Program-made: the position numbers and the translations under genes
Notes under the pieces: generated by a model
What the model was told of the DNA's origin: nothing
Seen by the model: only the letters and a program-made list of their open reading frames with translations
Database searches by the model: none
Shown here: positions 11,901 through 26,179 of the stretch, one piece after another
Layout: each line of letters begins with the position of its first letter
How positions within the stretch are numbered: position 1 is the stretch's first letter
NCBI GenBank assembly: GCA_016748015.1
Contig: JAAOMT010000785.1
Location: 65,604 to 129,341 of the forward strand
Origin: Geosiphon pyriformis uo1
Taxonomy: Eukaryota > Fungi > Glomeromycota
DNA length: 63,738 nucleotides
Direction: 5' to 3'

Positions 11901-14900
11901 AAAACAACGGCTTTTGCTTGCCACAAGAAAATATGTAAACCATAATAGATAGTATACATTTATAAAATCAAGTAGAATAATCGAAAAAAAGATATTTTTT
12001 TTGAATTGAAAATAAAAAAATCATTCAAGCCTCGTCTTGAGATTTTAATCTCAAGATACAGAACACGGTAACAAATTAGGTTGAATCGAAATTTTTTTGA
12101 AAAAAAAAACCAAAACGTTAGAACTCATTATTCAATAACTATTTGTAATAATCATTTGAAGTTGATAAGCTTCTTGTTGTACTCGTGATACACGCTACCT
12201 GATTTTCCATTCGGCACTAATTTTTTCCTGTAAAGAGTATGAGAAAAATCGTCCTTTCATTTACATACATGATTTCCTGAAATAAGTGCAACCAACCCAA
12301 TATTCCCGTGTTTCAATATTGCATCAAGTTTCTTTTATTTTATTTTATTTTATTTTATTTTATTTTATTTCATCAATTCGATTGTCAGTTTGCATGTTTT
12401 TATATTCACATCAATTAATCAATATATATATCTCAATATTGCAGTGTATTCAGTGCGTTGTCAAAAAAGACTCCACCCTTTTTAAATTTCCATTTTTAGA
12501 AAGTAATAATTATGCCCAAATGAACAAAAAAACGAAATCAATGATTAATGTTTCATAGTTAATAATCCAGGCTGAAATCTCGCAAATTTTCAATGGTGTG
12601 TAAATGAACCTTTTTACATCAAATGATTGATGATGATGATGAAACAATTGAAATTTTCTCCAAAGAAAAACAATGTGTAAAATTTTTCCGTTTGTTGAAA
12701 ATTATTTCATGACATAATACTAAGTTTCTATTTTCATTTGCATTAGAAAAACATTGAAACGTTTCCGTTCTTTTTTTTTTTGGTTTACAATTTTATTTTT
12801 AATTAAAATAAATCATTCTCTGTTTGGGGGAATCTTTTTTCTCACTCATTAATATAATCGATTATCTCCTTATTTTATCTTGTAAATCTACAAAGTTTTG
12901 ACCGACATTTTTACAATGGTAAATTAAAAATCTTGATAAAAAAAAATCTATCATTCAAAAAAATGTATGAATGGCTTTGATTGATTTAAGATTGTAGATG
13001 ATGATGATGATGATGATGATTCTTTGTATTTTATAAAGTTATCTAATCTTTTCTCCTTTTATTTTCTTCCTCAAAGGTATTCTGTTTTATCTTGATCTTA
13101 TGACTTTCATGTTGTTCTGTTTGAGTCAAACAAATAAAATAATGCTATTATGAAGATTTTTTTAACGGGATTCACAAATTAAAAAAGTTTCCACACTTGA
13201 TAAATTTTTACTAAAGTGATTTTTTTCGTTCAATCTGATAATAAAAGATGGGATGACAGGGGAATAAGAATTTTTTATAATACCATTTGACTTAATAATA
13301 ATTCTCCATTAAAGGAGGCTTTTTTCTTAAAGGGTATAGGGGGTTCAGATACTCTGAAAAAAAGAGATTACAAAAATATTTCCAATTACTTTTTTCGTAA
13401 AAACATGAAAAAGGTGTAAAGCCAAGACATGAAATAATGGGCATATTTTTAGACAGACAAAAAAGAATGATTTCATCACGGTAATAAGAATTTCTTAAAA
13501 GTGCAATGCCTATTTAATACTTGAATATTTTATTCTAATTTGGGATTGATAACAAATTTCAGATGACTAAAATAACGCCCATTTAGAAACCAGTTTCTTC
13601 ATTATTGACCTTAATAAATCGACAAAAATTTGTTGTGCTATAAACAAAAACGTCTCTATCAACATATGACCTAATTTTAGAGTTTTTGAATTTTTCTTGG
13701 AGAAAAAAAACGAGTCTCCTACAGAATAGTTAAGGTTGGTCAATTTTTTTTAGTCACAATCATTTAATCTTTCATCAAATATATACAGTACATACCACAA
13801 AGCTTTGTAAGCCTCACAGCAAGTATTATAAACGAGTTCTTTTTATTTTATAAAAACAATGTTCTTCAATTCCCAGAAAGCTTGTAATCAAGATATTTTG
13901 TTTTAATAGCAAAAGGTATGAGTTAAATGATCCTCGAGATTTAGACTTTGAGTTAAAGATGCCTTGATAAAATGAATGCATCTTTCACAACATTACATTT
14001 TGTGGTTTAACAAACTTAGATACTTTAAATTCGCAGATCTTGAGTTTTTTAGAAACAAAGAATGTATAGTAATTGAGTTCTTCATTTTGAACTGAAATTT
14101 TTAATCGATAAAATAATTCAAAACTTTTGGATGTCGTAATTTTTCGAAAAAACTTTTTATATCATTAATTGGATATTTTTTATTTTTATTTTATTTTGGA
14201 AGTATTGAGTTCTTCAATTTGAAAGTTATTTCCCAATTTGTGAATCAATTTCTCATTTTATAGAAAAAGCTATTGTAACATTAAATCATGAGTAATTTTT
14301 TCCCCAAGAATGAGATGAGGTATAATTAATGCCATAGCCTCTTTAGAAACCACACTAAAAAATTAATTTTTAGAAAGTTCTAATGTACCATTAATACTAT
14401 TTTTATCATCAAAATTAACCAGAGAATAAATTTATACTTTTAAATCAATGCTTTTCATTAGGTTTTCAATGTCAACTAATGTAATTAGTCTTTCTAAAAT
14501 TACTTTAGCATTAATTTATATGCCAAAGATTTTAGTTTCTGTACAATAATGAACTCTGTCCTTTGAAATATCTTATCAATACTGGTTATTTCATTCTTTG
14601 AAATTTATTTATGGTTATAATACTTTTTCCAAAGTTGACTTGATTAATATGAAGTTTCAATTTTTTTTATTAGCATTAAAAATTCAATAAATATTATAAA
14701 AACCACTTTTTGGATGTAATATTGGTAAATATTCATTAACTGAAAATAATATTTTCTAAAATTCGGTATATATAAAAATATTGATTAGTTGAAACATCTA
14801 ATATCCTCAAAAAAAATTTCAAAAAATTAAATACTTTGTTTTGGCTAATACCAAACTAGAAATTTTGATTAACCATTTTACTCAAAATATCTTGAAACTC

Positions 14901-15783
14901 AAGGAATTATGGCTGATATAATAATTTTAGCTATCAAAATGGTTTACCTTACCACTTTCTGAAATATAATAAAATCAAGAATTTTAAATTAATTACTAAA
15001 GTTAAATTAGAGATTAAATCATAACTTAATATTTAATTTCTTGTATTTTTTTGGTTTTCAAAATAGTTTGGTTGGTAAAATAATTGATTATTGATGGTCA
15101 AATAATTCATTTAATTAAAATTGTCATCAACTTTCAATATGAAAATATAAAGATTTTGATCAAAAATATTTTAAAATTAAATAATTAATGTTCAAAGATT
15201 ATTTCTTGGTAAATCCACTTTGATTAATCAACCAAAAAGAAAAATAAAATGGATATTTTTTTTTTAGATTCGATTACCATTTTTCTCAAATGTATTTATT
15301 CTTATAAATCGGTTATATGTTCTTTTTGGCCATGTTTCATATCGACTTCTTAACTAATTAATATATTCCAGAAACAATCGTAATTTCAATAATTCCAAAA
15401 ATCTAGTTACTATTTTTATTTAAGTTAAATCATTTAAAATTACATTCTCTTACCCATTTAGAATTGTTTTTATAATCCTTTATATAATTTTCTATTTTAT
15501 AATTATGTTTTAAACTTTAAAAAAAAAAAACTTTTCAATTATTAATAATTTATTAATAATTTTTGTTTTTTTATATTATTTGTATTGTAATATATTTTTA
15601 GTGAATTCATTATTGGATAGCTTTGAAATTATAAAAATTAAAATTAAATAATAAATACTAAATTAAATTAAACTAAACGTTATATTTTTAAAATTGGTTA
15701 AAGATAAAGATAGCATTGTAATTAATTATAAATTTCATGAAAATATTATAATTGATTGCAATCATTTTTATTAAAAGCCATAA

Positions 15784-15814
<31 letters not shown>

Positions 15815-17134
15815 GAAATATAATCAGTTGAAGCAAAAAAATACAATTTTCAATCAACATTATCGGTTGATAAAAAAGACTTTTATAATATATATCATTA
15901 TGTTGAAATGAAATATAAAAAATTATGGTAATATTATTTTACAATAAATTTATGAAATTCATCATATCAAAATGATATTGAGTTCTTTATAACGGTAATT
16001 AATATAATTCCCAACTAAATTCAAATTTTATTTATTATTCGCCAAATTATTTCTTTCACTTTTAATATAAATCTCTGATTGAGTCAACCTGTAAATAAGG
16101 AAAAAGGTTTATTTGGAATGATTTCATGCATTCCACAAAGGAGAAAGATTTACAAGGGCTAGTGAAATTTTTTAATTTAAAGATAATATTATAAAAATTG
16201 AAATCTATTTCATGTTAAATTTATTGTACTTGAAATGAATTCAGTATTTTTTTAAATTGATCTCAAAAAAGGTTAAATGTATTTGAATAAATTTTTTCAC
16301 TTGATTTATTAGGTATATTGAATAACAAAATTTATTTTTATGACTAATTTCTAGGCTTTACAATTTATTGGTTTTTTTTAATATTCAAGCTTATGAAAAA
16401 AATATTACTTTAATTATTTTAAGAAAGTCAATCAAATGAGGTTCAAGTTTCTATTTTAATAATTTGCGAAATCAATTTAACTCAATTTAACTCATTTTAA
16501 CTCAATTAAAGTTAAAAAAAACCTAAATTTATATTAAAAAAAAATTTTTATTTTTCAAAAATGAAATGTTGAAATTTATTTGTAATATAAATTAAAAAAT
16601 GTAAAAAAATTTATTATTCACTAAAATATATATTATTTATATTAATAAAAATCTCTGAATTATAATTTTTTTGACAATAAATAAATTTTTTCAAATCATA
16701 CATAAAAAATTTTTTGATTAAATACTTTTTTTGGTAATCATAATGATAAAACAATGGGGTTTAATTAATTATATTTTTGGCATATGTTTAAATGATCATC
16801 AATAACTTTAAATAAAATTATTTATTTATCTTAAATAAACTTAAATGTAGAAAATATTTAGTTTGACAAAATTTTTAATGAAATATTTTTTTCTTTCAAA
16901 TATTAAAAAAAAAACAGAAAAAATTGATATCCAAAAATTTTTATTTGAATTACAGATTAGATTATAATTTTATTTGACTTATTATGATGAAAAAGAAGAT
17001 AGACCGTTTAAAAAGTATCCTCTGTGATCTTTTCTTTTTTGCGACTGGATTAAAATAAAACGTTAAATAATTGAATCCGCTTCGAATTTTCAAAAAAATT
17101 TCGTCTAAATTTTAGAAAATCTCCCATATTTCCA

Positions 17135-18318
17135 TTATAAATCTGTAGACACCCTAATTTTACACTTGTCACACAAATAATTGGATTCAACAACTCCATC
17201 GTCAATTACAATTTCCATTGACTCACCGCTATCATCCGATCGTAATTCATTTTGTAATCCATTTTCAGCATTACCACACTTTTTTCCAATTTTATCACGT
17301 AGTCTATGTACACCGACTTGAATTACATAAACCAGCATAAAGAAAAAATACATCCCAATATACCAATAGATTGCTTTTATACCATTTTCCCACGAGAGAA
17401 ATTCATAGACCCAAAAATTCCGCCTTAAATGAAGGTTACAAAAAGGATGGTTGGTTTTCAGGTCACTAAAATTCCGAAAACCTTTTAAATTTCGAATCCA
17501 TTGAAAACAATAAAGAACTCACCAAAGATGAACCACCCAAGCTTCAAACATGAATAATAGAATAAAGCTTATGGTGATCAGGAAGAATGGCCACACCATA
17601 ACTTGTCGATTCAAAGCGACCTCAATACACATCATTAAAGCGTTTACCGCGTGTAATGATACGTTGCGCCACCATACTTCGAGGGGTGTGTCAGTAGTCA
17701 AATTATGTGCTAGAAATAACCAGTAGACGATTGAAACTATAAAACTGAAATGAGATTTTAAGAAAAGAATATTAAATGACATAAAACCTTTGCAAGTAAA
17801 AAAATAATGTTCAACTTACTGATAATGACATATCGTATGATAGAGTGTCCAGAACAAGAAATTCAAGTATTTCGGTAAACATAAATTTCTTCTACGAATA
17901 TATTTACACGAGTAAAATATTGCTAACTGCATGAAATATAAAAATAAATTTTGAGATCTCCCAAACTTGAACCCTTTGAAACTTTATCCTCTTCATTCTT
18001 CAGGAAACTGCTCACCAAAAAATAAGAAACTAGTCCAATAAAACTTAAATAAGTGAAATAAAATATTAAATCTACATTTCTTCTTTTAATGAGATCCACA
18101 GAGACTGAAGCCAATACGATCAAGCCATATAGGGCAAACAAGATTCTAATTATTAATAATGTTTTTGGACGAATAAACCATGATGTTGTTGAAAGTTCTG
18201 GGTTAAATGTCTCAAATTTGAAGAATCTTGAGCAAGAAAGTAATAGGGAAGAACCTAAAGAGGTTTTGTGTTGTTTTTCTGTGTTTTCCATTGTGGTTGT
18301 AGTGGATATGATTCTCAT
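17135..18318 (-). CDS. Multi-pass membrane protein, rolling-stone-like / FAR-17a-AIG1-related (~306 aa); exons 18318-18016, 17926-17820, 17744-17523, 17423-17135
   Basis: Four exons join in frame via GT-AG introns. Motifs: TTSWFI, FYFTYLSFIGL, LFWTLYHT, IVSIVYW, SLHAVNALM..IEVALNR, WVYEFLSW. Confidence 0.8.
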
Positions 18319-20925
18319 TTATGCAAATAGGGATTTATTTTCAATTTCTGTTTTTGGCAAAAACAGCTGACATATGATTAAAAGTAAAAAGAATGAATGT
18401 ATGTATGTATGTATGTATGTATGTGTGTAATTAATTCTCCTATCCTTGAAAATACAATTAAGGAAAGAAATGAAGGCTTTTTTTTTTGAAAAATCGGTAA
18501 AGATGAGCCACCATTTATTCAGATCCGTTCCTTGAAATTTTTTCAAAGTGTGGGAAAACAATTTTATTGTCGTTCCGAAAGCTTTTATTTGTTTGTCGTT
18601 GTTGTGGTGATTGTTGCCAAGAAACGCGGGGTGGGTCAAATCTATTTTCACTTCAACCTCGCAACTCCCTTTTTCTGATCGTGAGAGCTCGTTCAAAGAT
18701 AAATTGTTGGCCGGTTTCTTTCAAGTTCCAGGGGGCAAAATTGAAACTGGTGAAATTTTCCCTATGATTGAGAAAGAATTTTTAAGATTGCAAGGAGTAA
18801 AAGAATCATGCGAGCTTTGAGCCTGGATAATTCAAGCACCCGAGAACTTCGTATAATTACAAGTTTTGCCAATTCTAAAAATAGAATTAGAGTAATCAAC
18901 GCTTTCCATGGCTCTCATTTCATTTTGAACATGGATATTTATTTTCCTATCATACCTCCCTCCTTAAGATGATCGATTTGTGTGAATCTTTGTTTTATTT
19001 ATTAAATTCAGATAGATTTTTTTTTTGAATTTAAATCTTATCGCCGCCGTTTTAAAATGGAAAGTTTTTGACCTGACTCACATTGCTCATTTTCATCTAT
19101 AACTATATCATCTATTTGTGGATGATTACAAATATATAACGTAAAATATAAAAAATATAAAAATTTTTTATTCTATTTATTTAAATAATATTTATGTAAA
19201 AAAATAATTAATCTTAAATAAATTTTAATACAATTTATTTGAATAAAGAATTTTAGTTTTTTAATATATGAATATTTTTGATTTTACTTTTTATTAATAT
19301 TATGAGATCAATAATAATTATTTAAATAATTTAAGATTTAAAAGTTTTATTTAAATATGAAAATTAATTAATAAAATATTTTTTTTCCAAATGATATTTT
19401 TCATATTTTTTATATTTTTTATATTTTTTATATTTTTGTTTATAAATCAATACATAAAACTTTTTTAATAATCCATCTTAATAATTTACTTTTATATTTT
19501 ACATTTTCTAATTTTTTCTAAATAATGCTTTTTTTATATATACTTAAATATCAAATAATATATTTTTATTTTTGATATAATTTATTTCAACATATTATGA
19601 ATTTAAAATTTATTGGTACATATCAAAAATTAAATTTTTTATTTATTTATAATTATTAAAAATAAACCATTTATCTTAATTGGATATATATGTATGAATT
19701 TTTGTTGTTCGATTACAACAAAATAAATATTAAGAAATTGTATAAGATTTTTAATTTACTATTAAAATAATTAAACGAATTCAAATATCAACCATTTTGT
19801 ATTTGATGGGATAATTTTTTTGATGTAATGATTATTGTTCAATAGCCAATTTCACATAATGTTTCAGCTTTCACAAGATTCAAAAATGGTGTGAATATGC
19901 AATGTTCTAATTTTATAATAAGAAATTATAAGTTTGAAAATGAAACCAATATTTGAGCCACGTTATTCATTGTCTTTCATTACTCATTAGATAGTTGGAG
20001 CCCCGAACCAGTGGATAAAAAAAAAGGGTATGATGTTTCATATTCAAATAATTTGATGTACATGTACTATGTTGTTATAAATTACCCCTATTAATTCAGA
20101 TGCATTTTCTTTCCCATTGAAGAATAGTTTCACGTCAAAAGAATGATATTGTTGATGTTCTTTCAGTAAAAACTCTGTGCATGTATTGTTTATCATTTGG
20201 AATTAGGCATTAACTAATATCAATCGGGAGTTGTTAAAAATGATGCACTATAAGAATTTGCTCTGTGAATACATCAATTTTCAAATGCGAATCCTTGAAA
20301 GTATTTGAGTGTTAGAAGACATGATTTCTCATTCAAAAATGCAAAGGATCGATTTTTTAGGATATTCGAAGCTTTGCTAAGAAATAGAGAGCACAACATA
20401 TTACCATCAAAGTCTTCAAACTAATCTTGAAATTTCATTGCGCATGTAAATTCCAAAAATAGTTTTGACCCTAGATACGTTTCATCATTGAGGTAACCTT
20501 TGCCTCTTATTAGGAACTCTTTAGGAAAAGATTGTAAAAAGATAATCATAGGGAAATTTTATTTCCAAACAAAGATTTTTAATAGTGATGAAAAAATGCA
20601 TTTTCCTTCAGTTGAGCAAATAAAATTTTGTTTTCTATCAATTTTTTCTTCACCTCAATATAGAGCATTCAAATCTATTAAATTTTTGATTTTTATCTAA
20701 ATTCACTTGGTTTTGCGACTAAATATTTATCAATAATTCAATTAGCAATTAAATATTTTGGCCTCAAAATTACATCCAGTTTTCAGCAAAATCTATAATT
20801 CTAATGGTATTAATTTTGTACAAGGAACAAATTTATGTAGAAAGAGTTTAGTAAAGGTAAAACTGTAATAGAATCTACAAATACATAAATGATTATTAAA
20901 CCAAATTTTGTCCGCCACTGTGGTT

Positions 20926-22372
20926 TCATATTAATCCAAAACCTATTGTCAAAGATAAAATCATCAGTAATATTTTCGTTTGACTTTCTTTAAGTATTAA
21001 CTTTATAGATCGCGAAGCGTTAGAAGTCTGATTCGATCCTTGTGTTGATACTGTTGAATTGTTTTTAGTTGAAGTGATTTCCGTGCCGGACCTTTTTCCT
21101 TCATTTTTATTTTTCGATTCAATGGTTTTGTTGGTATTACCAGGGGTAGAATAATTCGTTGAACTTTTACTTAAATTTCCACTACCCAAGCTAGCCGATC
21201 CTGAATTGGTATTATTCTTATATGGGTTAACACTTGTACATTCAGCAATAGTCTTCAACTTCCAACCCGCATCTTTCAAAATGTTCATAGCATCAGGAGC
21301 CAACTCCGCGGTGTGTTCATACAAATCATGTTCTAACGAAATATGTCCATAATCCAGTTCGGTTTTCTGGGTAGACCATAGAGTAAAATTATCAGTTACC
21401 CATTGGATTTCGAAATTTGGATCGCTGACCGATACCCAATCTCTACTATCACGATCCCAGATGGCGGTTTTATATCCTAGTTGTTCTATAATTCCGCGAA
21501 CTCGATCATCGTAGTCACCGTATGGAGGTCGGACTAAAGTCGGTATAAGACCACCGGTCGCCGCTTCAATCGCTTTCTCGGTCCATTTAATTTCCGCAAT
21601 GATTTGTTCGGTTGATTGTGTGGTAAGTGCGGTGTGTGACCAAGTGTGTATTGCAATTTCGTGACCTAAAAATTATGAAATTGAGTCAAAATTGTTATTA
21701 TTATAGTTTCCCCTTTAATATTGTATTAAATTTGAGAATTAAAAATTGATTGCGCTGAAACCCACCAGAATCAACTGCCTTCTTTACAATTTCTGGATAC
21801 TCAACCACGCGAAAGCCAACTAAAAAGAAAGTCGCTTTTACGCCAGCCGCATCTAATGCATCAATAAGTTTATCCGTGTAAGGTCTGAATGATAATTGAT
21901 TAATTAATTAATTAATTAATTAATTTCTAAATTTAGAATATGGATCAACTGACTGAACCAAATTTGTAAAAGAGGAGAAAAACTTACGAAGGTCCATCAT
22001 CATATGACAATCCCCAATCTGAATAATGGAAAGACAGGGTTAATTGTTGATATTAATCCCCATTCAAGGTTTAGGCATTGAATAAAACTTACCTCCTTGA
22101 TCAGGGCATTCAACGATATCATCAGGTCGAGTACATCCGTCACATGACCAATTACAAGTTTCCACTCCGGGTGTACAGACTCCAACACTTTGTACAAGTG
22201 ATATTTTTGGTAGGGTTCTCTTTTTCACTAATTTGTTCCAAATTTTCTTTGTGGGTGGTGGGAGAATTGGGGCTGGCCATTTACCCGGTAATTTAGCGTC
22301 AACGCTTTTTGATGAGAGAAGGGTCAATATGAAGAGGAAGAGAAGGGTTAAAAAGGTTTTTGAAGTAGTCAT
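20926..22372 (-). CDS. Chitin deacetylase (CE4/NodB), secreted, probably GPI-anchored (~389 aa); exons 22372-22093, 22018-21988, 21884-21766, 21665-20926
   Basis: Signal peptide; all five CE4 motifs (LSYDDGP, HTWSH, RPPYGD, WDRDSRDW, HISLEHD); S/T/N-rich linker and hydrophobic C-terminus; GT-AG introns in frame. Confidence 0.93.
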
Positions 22373-25017
22373 TTTGTATAATTTATCGAGTGATTAAGCT
22401 AAGGTTCTATAGACGAGTTTTCAAAGGAAGTAATTTTTCTCGTTGAGAGAATAGCCTTTTCCAGAAAGGTGGGTTTTGTAAAAATGTAAAAGCGTCAAGC
22501 TTTAAAGAATTAAGGAAAGTTTTTCCGAAATCTTTTTTGTTTTTCTCGGGAATTTGTTTTCGTGAAAATTCACTTAATGAAATGAAATTTTTTTTCTTTA
22601 AATAAGATTAGACTATATTTTATCACCAAAGGTTGGTTAAGAATAACCAGCTAAACCCGTAAAAAATCTAGAAAAGACGACCGAAAAATGCGTCTTTACC
22701 CGATTGTTTTTTTCAAAAAAACAAAAAAGAAAAGAAAGCTGCTTTTTTTGCCAGCCGTAGTGGGAAACGGCTGAAAAAGAAAATTAAGAAAACACAAATG
22801 ACTCAAAGTGCGCAAATGATCGAATGGTGAACCCTCTCCTTACTCTTTATCGTTCCTGTACTCAATTTATAATTTTTCCAACGCCGATTGACAGGTAAGT
22901 ACAAAATGTAGGAACGAAATCTTATCACAAATGATTTATATCAACAAATTAGAATATAGCCAATATACCGGCCGAAACCATTATGCACACGGAATATTGA
23001 TTACACAAATTGCTATTTTTCTATTGTTGTCAGACCTTTTTTCATGCACCTGAATACGTTTAGAATGTATCGGAAATAGTATTTTTCAATGATTACCAGT
23101 GAAATTAAAATTATAAAGTTAATTCTTGTATGCTAAATATAAGTTTAATTTTCCTTGTTGGCGGTCAGAAACGAATAAAGCACCAATATAACTCCTTTTA
23201 AACCTTAAATTCATCTGTTCGACAAAGTATTTGTTGTCTGTTTTTTTAATATGGTATTTTAAAACAGTATTTTCAGGTTTAATTTTTAACTGCAAATTAA
23301 TTTCACAACAAAAGGAAAAGATGACTTTGTATTTTCTCTTACAATCTTATGGTCATGGACTAAAAGCGTTTGGAGTTTTACGCAAAATGTATTATTCATA
23401 TTTCTGAGATCAACGACACAGGATTAATTTAACAAATTTTATTTGACAATGTGTAACTTGAAACGTTATCTTTGGATATGTTTTATGACGCCCCATAAAA
23501 CTTCAGGGGCTCAGTGTCAACCATCGCAACAATACCACTATAAATATAATCGAGATCTTAATTTCTTGTTGCACAATTTAAATTTGAAATTTGAAAGATT
23601 GTGAAATAAATGATACCTTAATAATCTAACCATAATATATTTTTTTAAATCTGTCAAAAAATCTTGATAAACAGATTTATTGCTAATCTTTGCAAATAAA
23701 AATCCAAGTAATTATGTAAAAAAATCTTTTATTTTCATTAAATGTTTTTATAATAAAAAAAATATCATTATATGTTGAAGAACAAATTTTAAATATCAAA
23801 AAAATATAAATTATTAAAAGATTTAAGATAAAGAATAAGTTAAAATATATTATAAAATAATTAATATTAAAAATATTAATATGAAATGAAAGAGTTTAAA
23901 AATATAAAAATAAATTTAAAATTTAAAGTTCAAATTCAAAACAAATCTTAAAATCTAATATTCCTTTGTTTTTGTTTTTTAAAAAACAAATTACAAAATA
24001 GTTTATTAATAAAATCTTTTTTATAAATATTTATTAATATTTATTAATATTAATTTACATTTCTATATTTTTAATTATCCATATTTTTTTTTTAATTTTG
24101 TTAAATTTTAATTATTAAATTTATTTAATCTTTAATTTGTTTTGAGATTTTATTTATAATAAAATATTTATTGAAAAAATCATTATAAATTATAAATTCT
24201 GGCAATTTTTATTATTTGTTAATTATTAATAAACAATCACATTAATAATTCATCTTTAAAAAATGAATTTTTTTAATATATAAATTCACTTTTTTTACTT
24301 TAGCTCTTTTACGTTTTAATTGATAAATATTCTTACACACCTTTTCTCAATCAAAGAAAAATCGATAATTAAAATAATTTACTCATGTGCGATGCCTCTT
24401 AATTCAGGTCATTTTCAGACATAAACTTGCACTTGTAAGAAAGATGATATAGCCAGCAATTTGCTTTGCTTGTGTTATCATATCACTATTAAATTCACTT
24501 TTTCTTAGCTTCATCGATCAATACGACTATTGACAGAATATTTAATATGAGCCAAACCACAGCTTCTATCAAGCCACTCTTCTGATCAGATGCGTTTTAC
24601 TGCTGAAGATAGAGATAAACTCTTGGCAGGTCAACTCATTCCGATTGTTTACTTCGATCTTGAATGCGAATAGAAGGACTGATTTCACATTCGCCATCTT
24701 TACCTTAATGAATGCAAACTCATTTTTAGTTTCTTCCTCATTGCTTTCCTTTTCTTGTCCACTGTACAATAAAGGGGTTCTTTTGACAAAGTTTAGATAC
24801 AATTTGGGAGAAGTTTTATACTAGTCAAGAAACTGAATTAGTGTCGTTTTGCATTCAACATCGATCCACACTATTAAGCTTTGACAACTGTTTGAACTCA
24901 ATCCTTATACTTTGATTAAGAAAGTATTAATAGCAATAAAATAGTAACATTTTATAAATACTCTAAGGGAAAATTAAATACAAAATGTTTATTTGGAAAT
25001 GAGTGATAAAAGGAATA

Positions 25018-25091
25018 TGCTCACAGCAGGGGTCGAACCTGCGACCTTGGCGTTATTAGCACCACGCTCTAACCAACTGAGCTATGCGAGC
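25018..25091 (-). tRNA. tRNA-Ile (anticodon AAT)
   Basis: GCTCGCATAGCTCAGTTGGTTAGAGCGTGGTGCTAATAACGCCAAGGTCGCAGGTTCGACCCCTGCTGTGAGCA folds as a cloverleaf with A/B boxes, followed by a TTTT Pol III terminator. Confidence 0.96.
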
Positions 25092-25196
25092 TAATCTTGT
25101 CACTATGTGCAAATTTTGTTATATATTTTGATTATTAATTTATTGTCCGAGGTGGTATTTAACTCATTCGTTAGACTTTTTGCGGAATATCTACTC

Positions 25197-26179
25197 ATGT
25201 CTTCAATTTCAGACATCTGGGAAATATCAGATGATGATGAGACAAAGGATGTTTTTTACGACAAAAAGATCGCTTCACGCGAATGGGAACGAATGAATGA
25301 AGCCTTTGGGAATGTGAGTTGTGATTTTCATGCTCGATATAAGAACACAATGGCAATTTAAATCCAATTAATACTTGTCATAATAGCTTGGGTACAAAGA
25401 TGGTATCCTAGAAGGTAAAGAAACCACATTACAACGTGGATTTGATATTGGATACATGGAGGGAATGATTATTGGAAAAGAATTGGGACGAATACGCGGT
25501 GTGTGCAAGTGCGTATACAATCTCGTATTAATACGGGCATCTGTATTATCCTTGTAATTGACATCTAACAGAGTATTTTTTCGAAGCACGATACTTGAAT
25601 TTTACACCTCTAAAAAAAAGCTCGCAACTGAGACCGACACAACACAATCTCCTTCCATGCTAAATCCAGATTCACAACTTCTTGTTCGTCTACGATCTTT
25701 GGAGCGTGATTTAGCAAAAATCACTTATGATGACTTGTTTACAAAACAACATTTTGAGCAAACGAAAAGTTTAGGAATTGTTGATCATGAAGATGAGAAA
25801 GATTTGAAGCCGGATCTTGAATTTAGAAATCATATGCAATCTTTTCACGGTGATGAAGATAATAATACCCACCAACTAGAGGAAAAGAAAAAGTCCTCTT
25901 GTTCCCGTTATGATGCTGACATCGGATCTATAAGGGTATGTTGCCAAAATAGTGATTATACATCTGAGATGAAAGAGACAGCTAAAATACTCTAAAAATT
26001 CATTCGCAAAGCCACGTGATTCGGATCACTTGTTTCCTATCAAAAATAATGATTTTAACTCTTCTGCTATTGGCCCTATCGGAGAACATCCACTCAAGAT
26101 TCTTGTCGCCGTCTACCGAGATAAAATGTTCAGCCTTTTAAAAGAATTTGATTTGGATATACCAATCTTTCTTGGATGA
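25197..26179 (+). CDS. YAE1: Yae1-family protein (Yae1_N); exons 25197-25313, 25387-25508, 25587-25935, probably 25982-26179
   Basis: ASREWERMNEAFGN|LGYKDGILEGKETTLQRGFDIGYMEGMIIGKELGRIRG is the Gx3 repeat of the Yae1/Lto1 family. The last exon is tentative; otherwise the stop is at 25995. Confidence 0.8.

Noticed and set aside
13200-15400. Coding-like decayed sequence
   Set aside because: No recognisable motif or sustained frame; cannot name a family.
19790-20520. GC-richer patch, possible pseudogene
   Set aside because: Multiple stops in all frames examined and no recognisable domain.
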